NCBI GenBank assembly: GCA_030141605.1
Contig: JAQGDQ010000237.1
Span: 228,044-292,043, forward strand
Origin: Tubiluchus corallicola
Taxonomy: Eukaryota; Animalia; Priapulida
Direction of reading: 5' to 3'
DNA length: 64,000 nucleotides
Positions 36,014 to 49,601 of this stretch are shown here, in pieces; within the stretch, counting starts at the first letter, position 1; every line of letters begins with the position of its first letter. Position numbers and translations under genes: made by a program. The notes under the pieces are model-generated. The model did no database searches, was not told the origin of the DNA, and was given only the letters and a program-made list of their open reading frames with translations.

Positions 36014-38826
36014 ATAATATATATATATATACGCAAACAGCGTTAACCCAAACTTACGAGCCTTTTTCCACTCATTCTACAGATATTGAGAATTTTGCAT
36101 GCCGTTATGGTTGTCATGAATTAATGCACTACATTTACGAATACAAGCTCGAAGGCGCCCCTTTTGAGCGTAGACACCCGCGGGTCAAGCATACCTGTCA
36201 CGTATAATAATCCGCCAGATCAAATCCTTTGTACATATTAAATAAGATTTGCACGATTTATGCTGCAAAAATATTTTCTAAAACAGAAACATAAATTTGA
36301 GCAGCGGCCATAATTGTTTTGCCATAGACGAAGAGACCGGGTATATGTATAATGCCCATTATTCAAAAACACGGAAATAATTTTTAATTGCCAGAAATGG
36401 AACAATTAACAAAAATTTACAGTAAAGAAGTTTAAAACACAAGAGATTTTAGAAATTCCTTTCAGCTGTATATTCTTTTTATAGTATATTATGTATTGTA
36501 TCTGCATTTTTGTTTCATATTTTTTTCAATTTGCCACTAATCTATGCTGTACCAAGAAAAGATTTTCTTCTCAGTGCTGTCCTCAGGCATGCCACTCGCT
36601 TTAGTAATAATGCTTTTAAATTAGTTGATCGCAAACTGTTTAATTGCAATTGAATTCTTGTAAGTTGTGTTCCTACAGTAAATACAGTAAATTCAATTCA
36701 GTTTTTTAGCTTGTGATATCTTCTTGGGATTGAAGCTCCAGATAAGGTAAACTAAGGTTTCCCTTGTTACAACAAGCTCTGGGCTATGGACTATGGCCAG
36801 CCTTGTCGTTTGTCAGCTATTGTGACTTTTGACCTTGAACCACTCATTTAAGGTCAGATAGAGCTGGCAAGGTATAGGCTTATATTACGTTACGTTAGAT
36901 TAGATTAGATTAGATTAGATTACATGTACAACATAGACAAGAGATAATCTTTGTTCAAACACAATTAAAACAGTTTGCTGCTAAAGTCATTGCAACTTTT
37001 TTTCCTAATGTTAAGCATGGCGCTTCGAAAATTATAACCAATTGTAGTAACTACACTTTGAACCTTAATTTAAATATAAAAAATACAATTAAAAAATTGT
37101 CACATTTAAGATATATTTATCTTGATCACTTTTGATGGTACTGTAGAATAAAATATCATTAAACAAAAAGTAGCAACAGTATTCTTTGACAGACATGTTA
37201 ACTTAATTTCGAATTCGAGCAAATGATTTCCGTTATTGAGTTGAATACTAATTTATCCTAATCCATTTTGACGTAAAGCTAATGCGTGCTCTTTAATGCC
37301 TCTCCCATGGTTTTCTGTTTGCACAAGTCTGGTTTGCACATATTTTCAAAGCTGTACTCGCTAATATGCGGGTTATCACGTCAATGTTTGCCTAAATGTA
37401 ACAATTTATCTAGCGGCCTTTCTGTCGGCAGGCTAAGCTCAAAGCTTAACTTTTGCCTTGTGAGCCACATCGCCTGGTGTTAAGCATATATACCTGGCTT
37501 ATCGCAGTCTCAATTATGTATATTTGTTACAAAAATACCTGTAATTTCAGTGTCTACACGCTCAAGCAAATGAAAAGTGCTTGAGCTTAATTGGACGTGA
37601 TTCCTCAGGTAAACAGTTCACCTGTGAGCCAACCTGTTGAGCTTACCATCTCTGCATACAATCAGGTCTACAGGACACTCAATTAGCCCTGCTGTGTCAG
37701 AATAAATGATATTTCAATAATTTAAAACTGCAAGCTTTTCAAGGTTCTGATTTTTTTCTGGTTTATGGGACAGGTGGACGTCGAAAAATACGCAACCATA
37801 TTCGCTAAAAAACTTAGAATGTTATACAGATTATACAGAATACTTTTTTATAATACCATTCATTAGTATAGCACGTTTGCAATGTGAAACTACAACAACA
37901 TTGCTCAAGACATCACAGCATATGCAGGCTTACAGTGATGGCATCACTCAACTGACTCCGTGATACTTAGACAAATACCTAGTTAAATAAATTTTCTATC
38001 CCATTTTCTATGTTTAATGTAAGACCAACACAGGCAGAGACCACAATTCAGCAGCTGCATGCGGTATTAACATTGTTGAGTTATTCTATGTATTCTGCTT
38101 ATGCAAAGGTCAAGGTGCTGTGGGTTTGACAATAAACTTGGGCACGTGGCAGAGAGCAATGCTACCGCTAGCTGTCCATTGTGCGGCCAGTTGACCACCT
38201 GAGTGGACAGAACACTATACATATAAATAATTATATATATACATGTATTAACACGGGCAGGACATTAGTTAGGTCAACATTAATACGTGGACCTTGTTTG
38301 CCTGTTGTCTAGCTGTTGAAACTTTTTTATTCATCAGATGCTCCTGTCATTAGTAGTCGGCTTGTTTTTTATGGTGCACGTACGTACACACCTGGCACAA
38401 TAAGATCACCTGGGAAATAAATACGGGTGATACTGTATAGTGAATAGTTGTTTTCCATTTTAAATATTGCACGCATGTTCGCTACTTTTTATGTGAAATT
38501 TTGTTCAACTTAATGCTTTCATTTTTACCTTGTTATTAACGTTTTATTAATGCTTTCTATATACTTAATGTATGTATAAGTTATATGCACGTATTGTTTC
38601 GTATTGCGTATGTACGTTTGTATAGGTGTATGACTATATACAATTGTATAGTAAAGCATGTTATATAATATATCGATTCTTTCCCCATGATTATGTTGCT
38701 CTATATTATGTGATCTATGTTGGTCAATATTACACGAAATAGAAATTCCCGGCTTAAATCACTCTGAATGGAAATAAAAATAAATATTTTTTGTGAATGC
38801 ATATATGTGCCAATATGTGAATAAAG

Positions 38827-39016
<190 letters not shown>

Positions 39017-39767
39017 CGTATACTAATGCTGTGTAATGTCGAATACATGCTTTTCTAAACTGGAGTAGCTGAAAGTTGCAAAAGCTTTTCATAAACATTG
39101 TATCCTGTAACATTTATAGTAGCTTCAGCTGATATGACATTTATTTAATTTAAAACTTTGTAAGATTATTCGATGTTTGCAAAAAATTTTACCTGTTAGT
39201 AATAACAAAAGAAATAGTTAAATAATTTCGATGAACTCGTATGATATACTATACTGGTAAATTATTTAAATTCGTTGATATGCAGCAGACTAAAGGATCT
39301 GTCCATCACTTTCACTAATGTTTACCAAGTAGATTCGGCATAATAACAATTACCATATGAATAAGTAAGTCAACGGATTTTAACTGCTTAACTAGATTAT
39401 TAAACAATAAGCTTATTTGCCTGGCGGTTTTGAATAAACTTTTGGCACTAGAGTTTGGAGTAGGGGCACACGACAGCTGCTAACCGAGGGTATCATTTAC
39501 AAATTTAGCACTCATCAAAGAGAGATTACAGCGGGCTAAGTCGAAAACAATAAAGCCGAATTGACTGCGGTAAAGCTGGCCTATTGTTCGAGGACACTGA
39601 TTCTCCCGATAATACGCAGCTTTTACAATGACAACGGAGTGAGCAGTAGCCTAAATGATTCAGTGATTGCAGAGTATTCTGGTGTGAATATGGATCGGGA
39701 TTTATTAGAGATTTCACGCCTACAGAGAAAGTAATTGAATTTCAGAGAAAAAGAGCTACAGGCCTGT

Positions 39768-40000
39768 CCCAGGCATGTCCAAGTTTTACAAATGTGAACT
39801 TACCACAAGATTGTACCAATATTTTTAATATTGTTTGACAATACGGTTACCAGTATTGTCACAACATTGTCACAATGTGGAAAAAATATTGTCAAAAATA
39901 TTGGTACAATGTTGTGGCAAGTTCACATTTCAATATTGTCCCAATATTTGCGAAAACAATATTATGACAACATTGTGGAAATTTTGTCATGCTTCCTGGG
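39768..40000. mobile_element. Palindromic MITE with CCCAG...CTGGG termini
   Basis: Ends CCCAGGCATG / CATGCTTCCTGGG. Internal 37-bp inverted arms at about 39790..39826 and 39894..39930, plus repeated CAATATTG/CAACATTG units. Confidence 0.75.
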
Positions 40001-41129
40001 CCGTTTTCAAACTATTTACAAGATGTTAAATTACCATTGAAACGAGCTTATTAAAAGTTTTGATTAGGGCCTTATTAGTTCAATTTGTTGCCGCGCTTTC
40101 TGAATAAAAAAAATCGGTAAAGTTGCGTTTTTGATTACTTTTGTAGAATTTTGACCGGTTTGTTTCCGCGAGAAAAAGTTAGGCTTAACTCTTTTCAGCT
40201 TCTTATTTTGGTGTCTTTGTTTTGTGTTGGAAAATCCCGATTTGGGCTCCTCTGATCTATATTTTCAGCGAGCTTGGTAATTTATCTTAAACAAAAAACG
40301 AACTCTGACGCATGCAAGCATTTGACTTTAAAATTTTAGCGAATGACAGACAAAATAGATAAACAAAATTTAGTGTGCCACATTAGAAAATGTTAACCAC
40401 TAAGAACAGTAGTGGCAGCATGAACACAGAGAAAATAGAAAATCTTATTTTTCTGACACCGGACAATAAATATTTTTAATGCATTTTTAATTAATTTTCG
40501 ATAAATAGCTATCATGAAAATCGTCCATTCTTCAAACATGTGCCGGTGTTTTCCAGGCTGTCACTCAGGTGTCTTTGCTGCTCATTCAGATTAAGTTCAA
40601 AAGCCAGCATAAGGAATGTAGCTAAATCAGAGCATTTCGTTATCCACAGGTGTGGTCTCTAGAAGAGGTAGTAATCATTCTAGTGGCTTGCGTCCGGTCA
40701 CGTTTAATGTGTTTGACCACTTGAGCCGATTTAGTGTTTGTCCAAGCGCTTAGCTTGTCGAAATGGGCTTAGTAATGTACCAAAGTTATCATTACGTCTG
40801 CATTAAGGCATTTTTGTGTGTGGTGAATGTTTAGGCTAATCCTGTGGACTGCACGATAGAGTTAGATCATTGTAAAAACGCCGATTGGCTAGTGCCATCG
40901 TTTACAAAGACAACTCTGCTGTTACTACCAATACGTTGGAATTAATAGAATTTTTACCAACGTTATCTGATTCTTGTTGTTTTTAAACCTTAAATTATAA
41001 AGCATGACTGATATTACAAATTGTGTTATGACTATAAATAATGATGATGATAACAAGATGAAACAATAACAGCAAGTACAACAACAGCAATAGCAGCGAC
41101 AAACAACAAGAGCAATAGCAACTGCAACA

Positions 41130-41132
41130 AGC

Positions 41133-41181
<49 letters not shown>

Positions 41182-41206
41182 GCAACAACAACAACAACAG
41201 CAGCAG
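41130..41206. repeat. (CAA)n/(CAG) microsatellite in Wnt7 intron 2
   Basis: Seen directly in the sequence. Confidence 0.93.
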
Positions 41207-41342
41207 AAGTAGCATCAACAGCATGGTAGAGTAGAAAAGGTAGAAAGTGTAATTTGAAATTTCAGAGAAAAGGCATTAAAGGAGACCCAACAATTGGTCA
41301 TAGATAAAATGTAATAGGTAACTCAGAGGGTAAACTACTTAC

Positions 41343-41566
41343 CCATAACCACAATGTGCCCAAAGACAGTGTCAGCCTGCTCAATACTGCAGTTCCACCT
41401 CATGCTCTTGAACTGATATTGACATTCACGTATCCCTATCCTTGTTCCTTCACTGATCGCCACCAAGGCGTCCGGTCGGGACTGGCAGATTGCCCGCTGC
41501 TGCGGCGCCAAACCCGGGATGCGGTTGCAGATGATGTTGGCGCCCAGCGCTACAACAGACAGAGCT
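41343..41566 (-). CDS. WNT7: Wnt7 coding exon 2
   Basis: tttcag|A GCT CTG...ATG G|gtaagt. Encodes [33 protein letters not shown]...ECQYQF...RWNCS, nearly the vertebrate WNT7A/B N-terminus ([30 protein letters not shown]). Phases 2/1. Confidence 0.97.
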
Positions 41567-41637
41567 CTGAAATAAGGAAAAAGGAAAAAAGCCTTTTAGA
41601 ATGGCATGTCCATGACAAAGGAATTTGGTGACTTTTG

Positions 41638-41782
41638 GTGATGATGTTGATGATGATGTTGTTGTTGATGATGATAATGATGAGGATGATGGTGATGATG
41701 ATGATGATGATGGCGATGGTGGTGATGATGATGATGACTACGACGATGGGTGATGAATGATAATGACGGCGACGGCGATGAT
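41638..41782. repeat. Degenerate (GAT)n microsatellite
   Basis: Seen directly in the sequence. Confidence 0.9.
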
Positions 41783-42850
41783 GTTTCTGATGCTTTGCCA
41801 ACATTAGTCTACATTGTGAGCCTACAGTGTGTGCGTATCTTAAATTTAATTATATGTAATTTTTAAAATCTTTTCCGTAAGTTCTTCATTAAGTTCCTAG
41901 GGAACTCACTGGCTTAGTAAAAATGATGTAGGTATAAACGTTTTTCATCATAGTATGTTTGTAGCCTTGTTTGTGGTTAAAACATTTGTTATTAGTTTTG
42001 AGTTTTTAATTTTTGCATAATTACTCTAGATATATCTCTTTTTATTTAAAAAAAATCTAACAAAATTATTTTTAAATGCCGAAAATTGGTAAGGTGTATA
42101 ATTTTCCTGTAGTCTTGCAATAATTATCCCACTAATGTTTTTAAAGAACAGGCTTTCTCGGGATAATCATTGACGCAGTTTGCAAATAAACAGCCTTAAT
42201 TATTTGATAACGTAAATGTGTATTTTATTGGGAATATTACGATGTTACATGATAATTAAGTTATGCAAGTTTGACATTTTCGCTTCGTCTGTTATGCCTC
42301 GAACTATTGTATAAATAAGCAAAGTTAATTTATTGCATTTTATGTTCGAGAATTTGTGTTTTCACTGGCGATATGATGAAACTTAATGCTAAAAAAAAAG
42401 TATTTACATTTATTTCTGTGCAACTCAGTGAAGTTTTGGTGTTAGACTACAGGTTTATAAACTTTAAACAGTCAGTAGTTACTTGTAGGTTGAAAAAAAC
42501 GAAACCATTGTTTTTCCATACCATTTCTGTGCAGTTCTTTACAAGAGAGTTGTTTCCATGATAACTACAATCAGGGAAACACAGCAAGAAGAATATTCTG
42601 TAGTCACATTTCCATCTTTTTGCTGTAACTCGTTACTATTACTAGCCACACTGATTTTGTTTGGGCGATCTACATAAAAAAGCTCCGCCCACAAAACAGC
42701 TATCGTGCCATATTAGATTTTTATTACTCATTTAATGCAGCGTGCTAATATTACAATAGCATGGCGTTGCGATTACTATAGCTACAAACTTTTGCATGTG
42801 TTACTATTATTTCGTATGGCGAAAATGTCTTTTTTGACTAATATGGCACG

Positions 42851-42993
<143 letters not shown>

Positions 42994-44051
42994 ACAATGG
43001 GCGTATCTACTATGAATAATAATTAACCTGTACATAAGCCTACGTCTTTACATGCCAAGTATATCCTCCAGGCACTATTATAGTACAGACGTACGTCTAA
43101 GTACAGTCTGAACACTGCAAAGCCACCATACAAAGGCATCAGGGCTATATTGATGAAGAAATTTCACCATAATAAAGCAGAAAGACTCACTGAGTGTAGT
43201 ATGTAAAACAATTTAAACGCGCTGTATATATATATATATATGTAAGAAAACAAAAAAATTCAAAAAGCACCAACTGGCATTACTACTAGGTTTTAATTTA
43301 TAACGACAAATGAACCACGAAGCACAAAAGAAAACAGGAATGTTAAATTATCACTAAAAGCACAAAAATCACGAAACATTGCGTTTAGTGTTTACCGATG
43401 TGGTAATACAGTAAGTAAAAAAAATCAGTGTAAAATTTTAACATCTTCTTGTTTCTAATGTAATGTAGCCAGTTTATTAGCTATATGCTATTTAATATTT
43501 TATTGTTTAAGGTAAAAACTTTCAAAGAAATAGCCTTCATCATAAGATAAGATAAGATAAGACAAGATAAGATAAGATAAGCATTTATTTTACGTCGATT
43601 TTAAGAACATACACAATTACAAGCTACAAGAGCTTATGTCATTGACGAATAAATAAAACTTTTCAGCTAAGGTTAAAAACTAATCAAATTAAAGACTGCA
43701 CAACCAAGAAGGGATTACAATTACCTGCGTGATTTGCCTAAATTTAGAAGAGAATTCCAGTTACTTGATTTGCCTAAATTTCCTGCAAAGCTTGCTGCTA
43801 CTATTCTTGTACTAAATTTACAATTTTGAAGACTAGAAATCACTTGGATAAGCGTAAACTAATATAGTTAAATTATTTATAGTATTATTGTAATGCGGCC
43901 TTTTTTTTTACAAATTACATTTATCTTACGGAGTATAGCGCGATGTTATATATGGTCACTGTAAGCCACTTAATGTAATAGGCCCATCACTCACACTCTT
44001 TAAGCATAGCTTGGGTCAAGAGCCTCCAAAGAGTGGCCTTGGGTCATGTGA

Positions 44052-44262
44052 ATAACATAACATAACGTAACGTAACGTAACATAGCATAGCATAGCATAG
44101 CATAGCATAGCATAGCATAGCATAACATAACATAACATAACATAACTTAACACAACATAACGTAACGTAACATAACTTAACATAACATAACATAGCACAG
44201 CACAACACAACACAACACAACACAACACAACACAACATAACATAACATAATACAACGTAACA
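44052..44262. repeat. Compound pentanucleotide array (ACATA/ACGTA/GCATA/ACACA)
   Basis: Near-continuous 5-bp periodicity with blocks of variant units. Confidence 0.95.
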
Positions 44263-47200
44263 TGACATACACAAATACAACTGCGACGGATTCTTTTGAT
44301 TTCCTGTTCGATCATGACTATTTTGTTGTCTTCATATACAAATAGACTTATTACAAAATTAAACAACCCTCTCAAAGCAAGTGCCTGCCTGTGGGTTGAC
44401 ATCCGCAACTTGTAGGAGTCCGAATTTGCAGACATTTAACTACGGTGTATCACCGCTTTGTTACGCGCGTTTTCTAGTATAAACAAAACGTACTAAAATT
44501 ACACAAATTATGACAAATAGTAAAGGTAACAGAGCGCTATCTAAAATAAGCTCATACGTGTACGTGCATATAAGCACTTAAGATCTATATGAGTAAGCTA
44601 GGTAGTATGCGTCAATTTACACAATCAGCTGTTGAACTAATGGTGGGTGGTGGTGAAAATGAGTAATTTATTTTCGTCATGCGAACTAGGAAGCTTAAAC
44701 CACACAAACCTTAAATTCTGTTTAATTTTGCATGCAGCTTCGACAATTTGTGCGATTATTATTAATATTAATACTACTATTACTATTATTAATTACAAAA
44801 ACGTTTAAATTCCTAATTATTGTTATTAATTTTGAAATTATTTTAACTAAAAAATTACAACTACTATATTGTTAGATAAAATATAACTATTTTGATGACT
44901 GCAATAATTATTTTATTAATTTTAATTAAATAAATTTTCGTTATATCAACTTTCCTTCCGTTCCTTTTTCCGTCAGTTCAATCTATTAGTTTCAGTAAGA
45001 GAAAATATTGTAATGACGGCAGCCAAGAGGTACAGGGTTCAATACTGGATTGCTGAAATATTAATCTTTTTAGAATTTTATTGTATAAATTTTTCCTATT
45101 GTAAATTGCAAAACGTTCTGTTTTCCCAGAACATACATAACATGTGGTAAAGACTTGAAAAGGTGACTTATTCTATATAAGCCAATAACAAGTCTTAGCC
45201 CCTAACGTCTTGCAATTTTGGGATACGTAAGTTGCCATTTTATAGAATCCTCACAGTTATTATCATTAATTCGTCGAAATTATTATTTTTCGTGCTCTGC
45301 ATAGAGACATAATAGGAAAATGGAAACAAGACGGTCAATTTTTAAATATTTTGCTGCTCAGCAGGAAACGGAAATACTTTTCTCAGATATAAGCAATATT
45401 TTAGAAGCCGCCATTAAACAAATATTGTTAGGGTTAAGTGTAATGAATTAGATGTAACAACATTGAAATTATTTATTAAATTGCTGTCCGCGAATACTTG
45501 GATGCTCTAATATTGTTTATTTTTTATACAAAACCAGTATGAGTAAAAAAAAGCTCCAGTTACTATGCACAACCTTGCAGTCAGTTTTTGTTTATATTTT
45601 CGTTTATGTTTATGGAAGCTTTTTTGGCAGTGAGGTAACTTTTAATTAAATAATTAAAATTTTAAAATGTGGCTAATGTGGCAAAAAATAAGCATTCAGT
45701 AGAGCTAATTAGTTTCTAAACACCACATCGCGACTGCTGCGCCTCTCGCAAGATTTCTTTGAATTAAAAGACAAAAAAACGGGTGATACAAAAGGAGGTA
45801 ATAGATGAACGTGATGAAAGTCAAAAATCGAGTTTCGTCCATGCTTCGTCCTATACAGCATTGTAAATGTTTGTAGAAAGGTATTTGCTCTGTTCGCTAG
45901 TTAAATTCTATAGCTTTTAAATGTAAAATGTAAATAGTGACAAATGATACACGTACAGCACGCCTGATGTTTAAATAAGGTCCTTAAAAAGACAGAAAGT
46001 CTTGCGCTAGAATGCTGGTCTTATTGTCCACCACTCGCACGCCGGTTGACCTTATAATACAACTATATACAGACTAAAGTTAAATATTTTTCTAAAAATC
46101 AGGTGTTTTTCTAGCGCTTGTGCTAGTAGAGATTTGCAGGGTTTTGCTGGTTGGATATACGGGTGGCCTAGGCATGCATTATACCAGCTACAGATGCATG
46201 ATTTATGCAGAAATGCATAATGCAAGTCGCAACAATTAAAAAGCCTATGTGTACAAATACAATTTAGGTTTTGTAAGTTTAACACATTTTACAGCTGCGC
46301 GCTGCTTATAGCTCAACAAGAATTTGCTCTTTTTCCACAAACTGGCAGTGAATGAATGAAATGAATGAATGAATCATTAGATGGATCGAATGAAGCAAAT
46401 AATGCATAAATTTAATAAAGAAATTCAACTAGATAAATATACAGGTTGAATGACCGATAAGATTGTCTAATATTATAAATAGCTGATGTTATTATTGTTA
46501 AAGTGTAATTAAAGCTAGTTCAGAGAAATGGGCCTTTTTCCATTAATAAGACAGTTGAGATACAGATAAATAGCAGGCCTCTTACGCGTAATTATACAAG
46601 TGTCAATTTTTCTTGAAACTATGCAAAAAGTTTGTATCAATACGACATGTGACTTTGACTATAGTAATTTTAATCTATGTGATTCTGTTTTTATTTTTAT
46701 TCGACAATAATTTTTAAAATTTTTAGCTAATATTGAATAAACTACACGTGCGTATTGTTAGAGGGATGAACGTTTACTGCGCTGATATAAATAAATCATA
46801 GATATCAGCACATCCCTACTTTAACAATAAAAACTTCTAAATTAAAACTCAGCAAGTGTTGAAGAAATTTAAATTAAAAACAAATTTAAAAAGTTTTGAA
46901 AAAACATATAACAGTCTCGAAAAGTTGTATGTTAGACTTTCTAAGTTTTACAATTACAAACTCCAAATGTTTTGTAAATGTCAGCGCCGAAAGTTTTGTT
47001 AATTAAGTGCTAGCAAAACTCAAGTGAGCAAAGGTAGCTTATACATGGCGTACATAACTACATAAGCTTCTAAATAAAACTCGAGAATATGGGAAAAGAC
47101 TAAGGCGCGCTTAGTGTCCCCAGTGACCACTTAAGTCCAGTTACTGGTCACTTATGTACAATGATGTCCAGTGCCTTCAGGTACAACGTTTCCCAAGTAA

Positions 47201-47926
47201 TGATTACTGCTTTGTTATGTGCTACACCTATATAGTTTTATAGGAGGCCGGTATCATCATTCATTTGTGAGTTCTATAATATCATAACAAAAATTTATTT
47301 GTTTGATTTGACTACAAAATGTTGCAGCTTTTATCCCTTTCAACAATATCATTTGAAGTTGAACTTGAACACTCCTAATTTTATCGCTTCTTGTCTAGTT
47401 TGCTTCCCTTTTTATTCGCGAGTCTTTTCGTTTTTTTCCTGTGTCCAGACAAAAACCAGACCACATAAAAATATAATGTTGCCCAGTCCGGGGAATTTTA
47501 AAAAACCTACCAAGGCTGAGAGGTTGATGCATCGAAGACAAAGTGTGCCATTTTGGAAAAGAGTAATGTCTAATTTTAAAAACATTATTGTTTTGTTTTT
47601 CTATCATTTGTTAACGCCATTTTTATGTAGGTAATTGCTATTATGTCGATAGTTCAATTCTATAGATATTGATATATTCACACACGAAATATTGTCTTTG
47701 TGTTAATATTTTGTTAATTTGACAAATTCGTATAGCCTTTCAAGCATATTATTATTACTTTAATACGTTTTGAAAAACATTTAAACTTTTCATTATTTTA
47801 ATAAACCGATAACGGTGATAACAAAATGTATGCTTCAGAAATATTTGTGCATGTTCAGACCTACGTGAGAGAGAATGATAAAACAAAATTCTTGTTAGAA
47901 TTTTATCTAAAACTAATCAAACTTAC

Positions 47927-48009
47927 GATAACGGCCCTGTTGTCAGTACAACACAGACAACCAGTCCTACCATAAGAACGTCCGATCCTGACCAGAACGG
48001 AAGTACCAT
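47927..48009 (-). CDS. WNT7: Wnt7 coding exon 1 (signal peptide)
   Basis: AGAATGG start context. Encodes MVLPFWSGSDVLMVGLVVCVVLTTGPLS with a hydrophobic core; donor TC|gtaagt is phase 2, matching exon 2. Exons sum to 83+224+269+486=1062 nt = 353 aa + stop. Confidence 0.85.
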
Positions 48010-48600
48010 TCTGCCCAGACCTCTTTCGAGGATTTTCGGTATTTTATTATTTCTCGTCAAACAGAAATGGACGCAGGATGTGTCCCTGCGGGACCCCGCG
48101 CATTATCACTGTGTTCACATGTATATGTTTAAAACACTTTAGTCGAAAAAAGAAGCATTTTTGCATTAAAAAGCAAAATTTTTCTCTCCACAACACTAGT
48201 TTCCTTAACACTGTCACGCCTTTTCTATTTCGAGCATTTGTTATTTTGAACAACAAGATGTACACAATAAACACTTTTTTCTATTTATTCTCAGTTTTTA
48301 TGCTGAGATCGGTTTACTAATATACGAATAAATGAGCACAAAAAAGGATATCCTTTTTAGAAACGCAATAATTCGACTCGAATTCAACAAGTTCAAGTGT
48401 TAGCCTATCAAAATCGCTGATACACTGATAATGATTAGTAAATAGTAAACAAATCTTGGTCAGCAAATAAGATTTCCTGATTCCGCACGCGTGTGTAGTC
48501 CCTCTCTCAGCGGGATACCAGGCAGAAGGATAAAATTTCGGCAAAATATGGTCAGAAGAGCAACTATGGTGGCGGTGATCCTAAGAAGTTTCCCTACGTC

Positions 48601-48636
48601 TGCTGATTGGCGGACACTTGACTAGGCTCCGCCCGC
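48601..48636 (-). promoter_or_regulatory. Candidate Wnt7 proximal promoter elements (CCAAT box and GC box)
   Basis: Minus strand has GGGCGGAG (48634..48627) and CCAATCAG (48610..48603) in a GC-richer patch about 600 bp upstream of the ATG. TSS not determinable. Confidence 0.5.
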
Positions 48637-48810
48637 AAGTCGGTATTTGTATAGGTGAGTTGGTGTATTTGCGACAAAGATATTTTAGTAATTGCAGCTT
48701 TCTGTGTCAGACTATGCGTTAAATTGGGAAGCAAACCAATCTATCATTCTACTAAAATTGTTAAAATCATTTATTAAGCTATACTGTAACTAATTTTAAT
48801 TTCTTTTAAT

Positions 48811-48914
48811 TGTAAAAGTAATGTTCTTTTAAATTCTTCAGCACCGAAGCACGTTTGTAAAGTGTAAAAGTAATGTTCTTTTAAATTCTTCAGCACCGAA
48901 ACACGTTTGTAAAG
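48811..48914. repeat. 52-bp tandem duplication
   Basis: TGTAAAAGTAATGTTCTTTTAAATTCTTCAGCACCGAA(G/A)CACGTTTGTAAAG twice, 1 mismatch. Confidence 0.92.
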
Positions 48915-49451
48915 ATATTTACTTCACGAAACTGCGATTTGTGTGACATTGGGTGTTTTTCAGTTTTTGTTCAAACAATTGTATTTCCTATTTCATCGCT
49001 AACAATGCGCTTCTCCCAGCCAGTCTGGAGCCAACTATTCACTTTTTGGTTGAATTTGTTTTCTATTTTTGTTTGTTTGTTTGCTTGCTGGCTTGTTCGC
49101 TTATGTTTAATGTGATTTGTGTACTTTTCCTGATCTGTTTTATTAAAAATTGTTGTTGGATACAACTAGTCATTTTTAATCCCACTCGTTCAAGCTTGCT
49201 TGCTTTTCTAAGCGTTTTTTATCTCTTTTCTTTCTCTCTTTTCTCTTTATTTCTCTTTTCCTTGTTTACTTGCTTTTCCTTCCTTCCTGTCCACTTACTT
49301 CCTTCATTGTTTTTGGCTGCTTCCTTTCTTTGTTTTTCCCTTCTTTCTTTATTTCATCTTCTAATTTTTATTCTTTTTACTACTTTCTTTCTTTTCCGTC
49401 GTTTTGCTTTCTCCCTTCCTTTCTTTTTTTGCTTTCTCTTTCTGTTCTATT

Positions 49452-49601
<150 letters not shown>

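Noticed and set aside
43095-43170. Alternative Wnt7 first exon MVKFLHQYSPDAFVWWLC...
   Set aside because: No donor in phase 2 to join exon 2; the exon at 48009..47927 fits phase and signal peptide.
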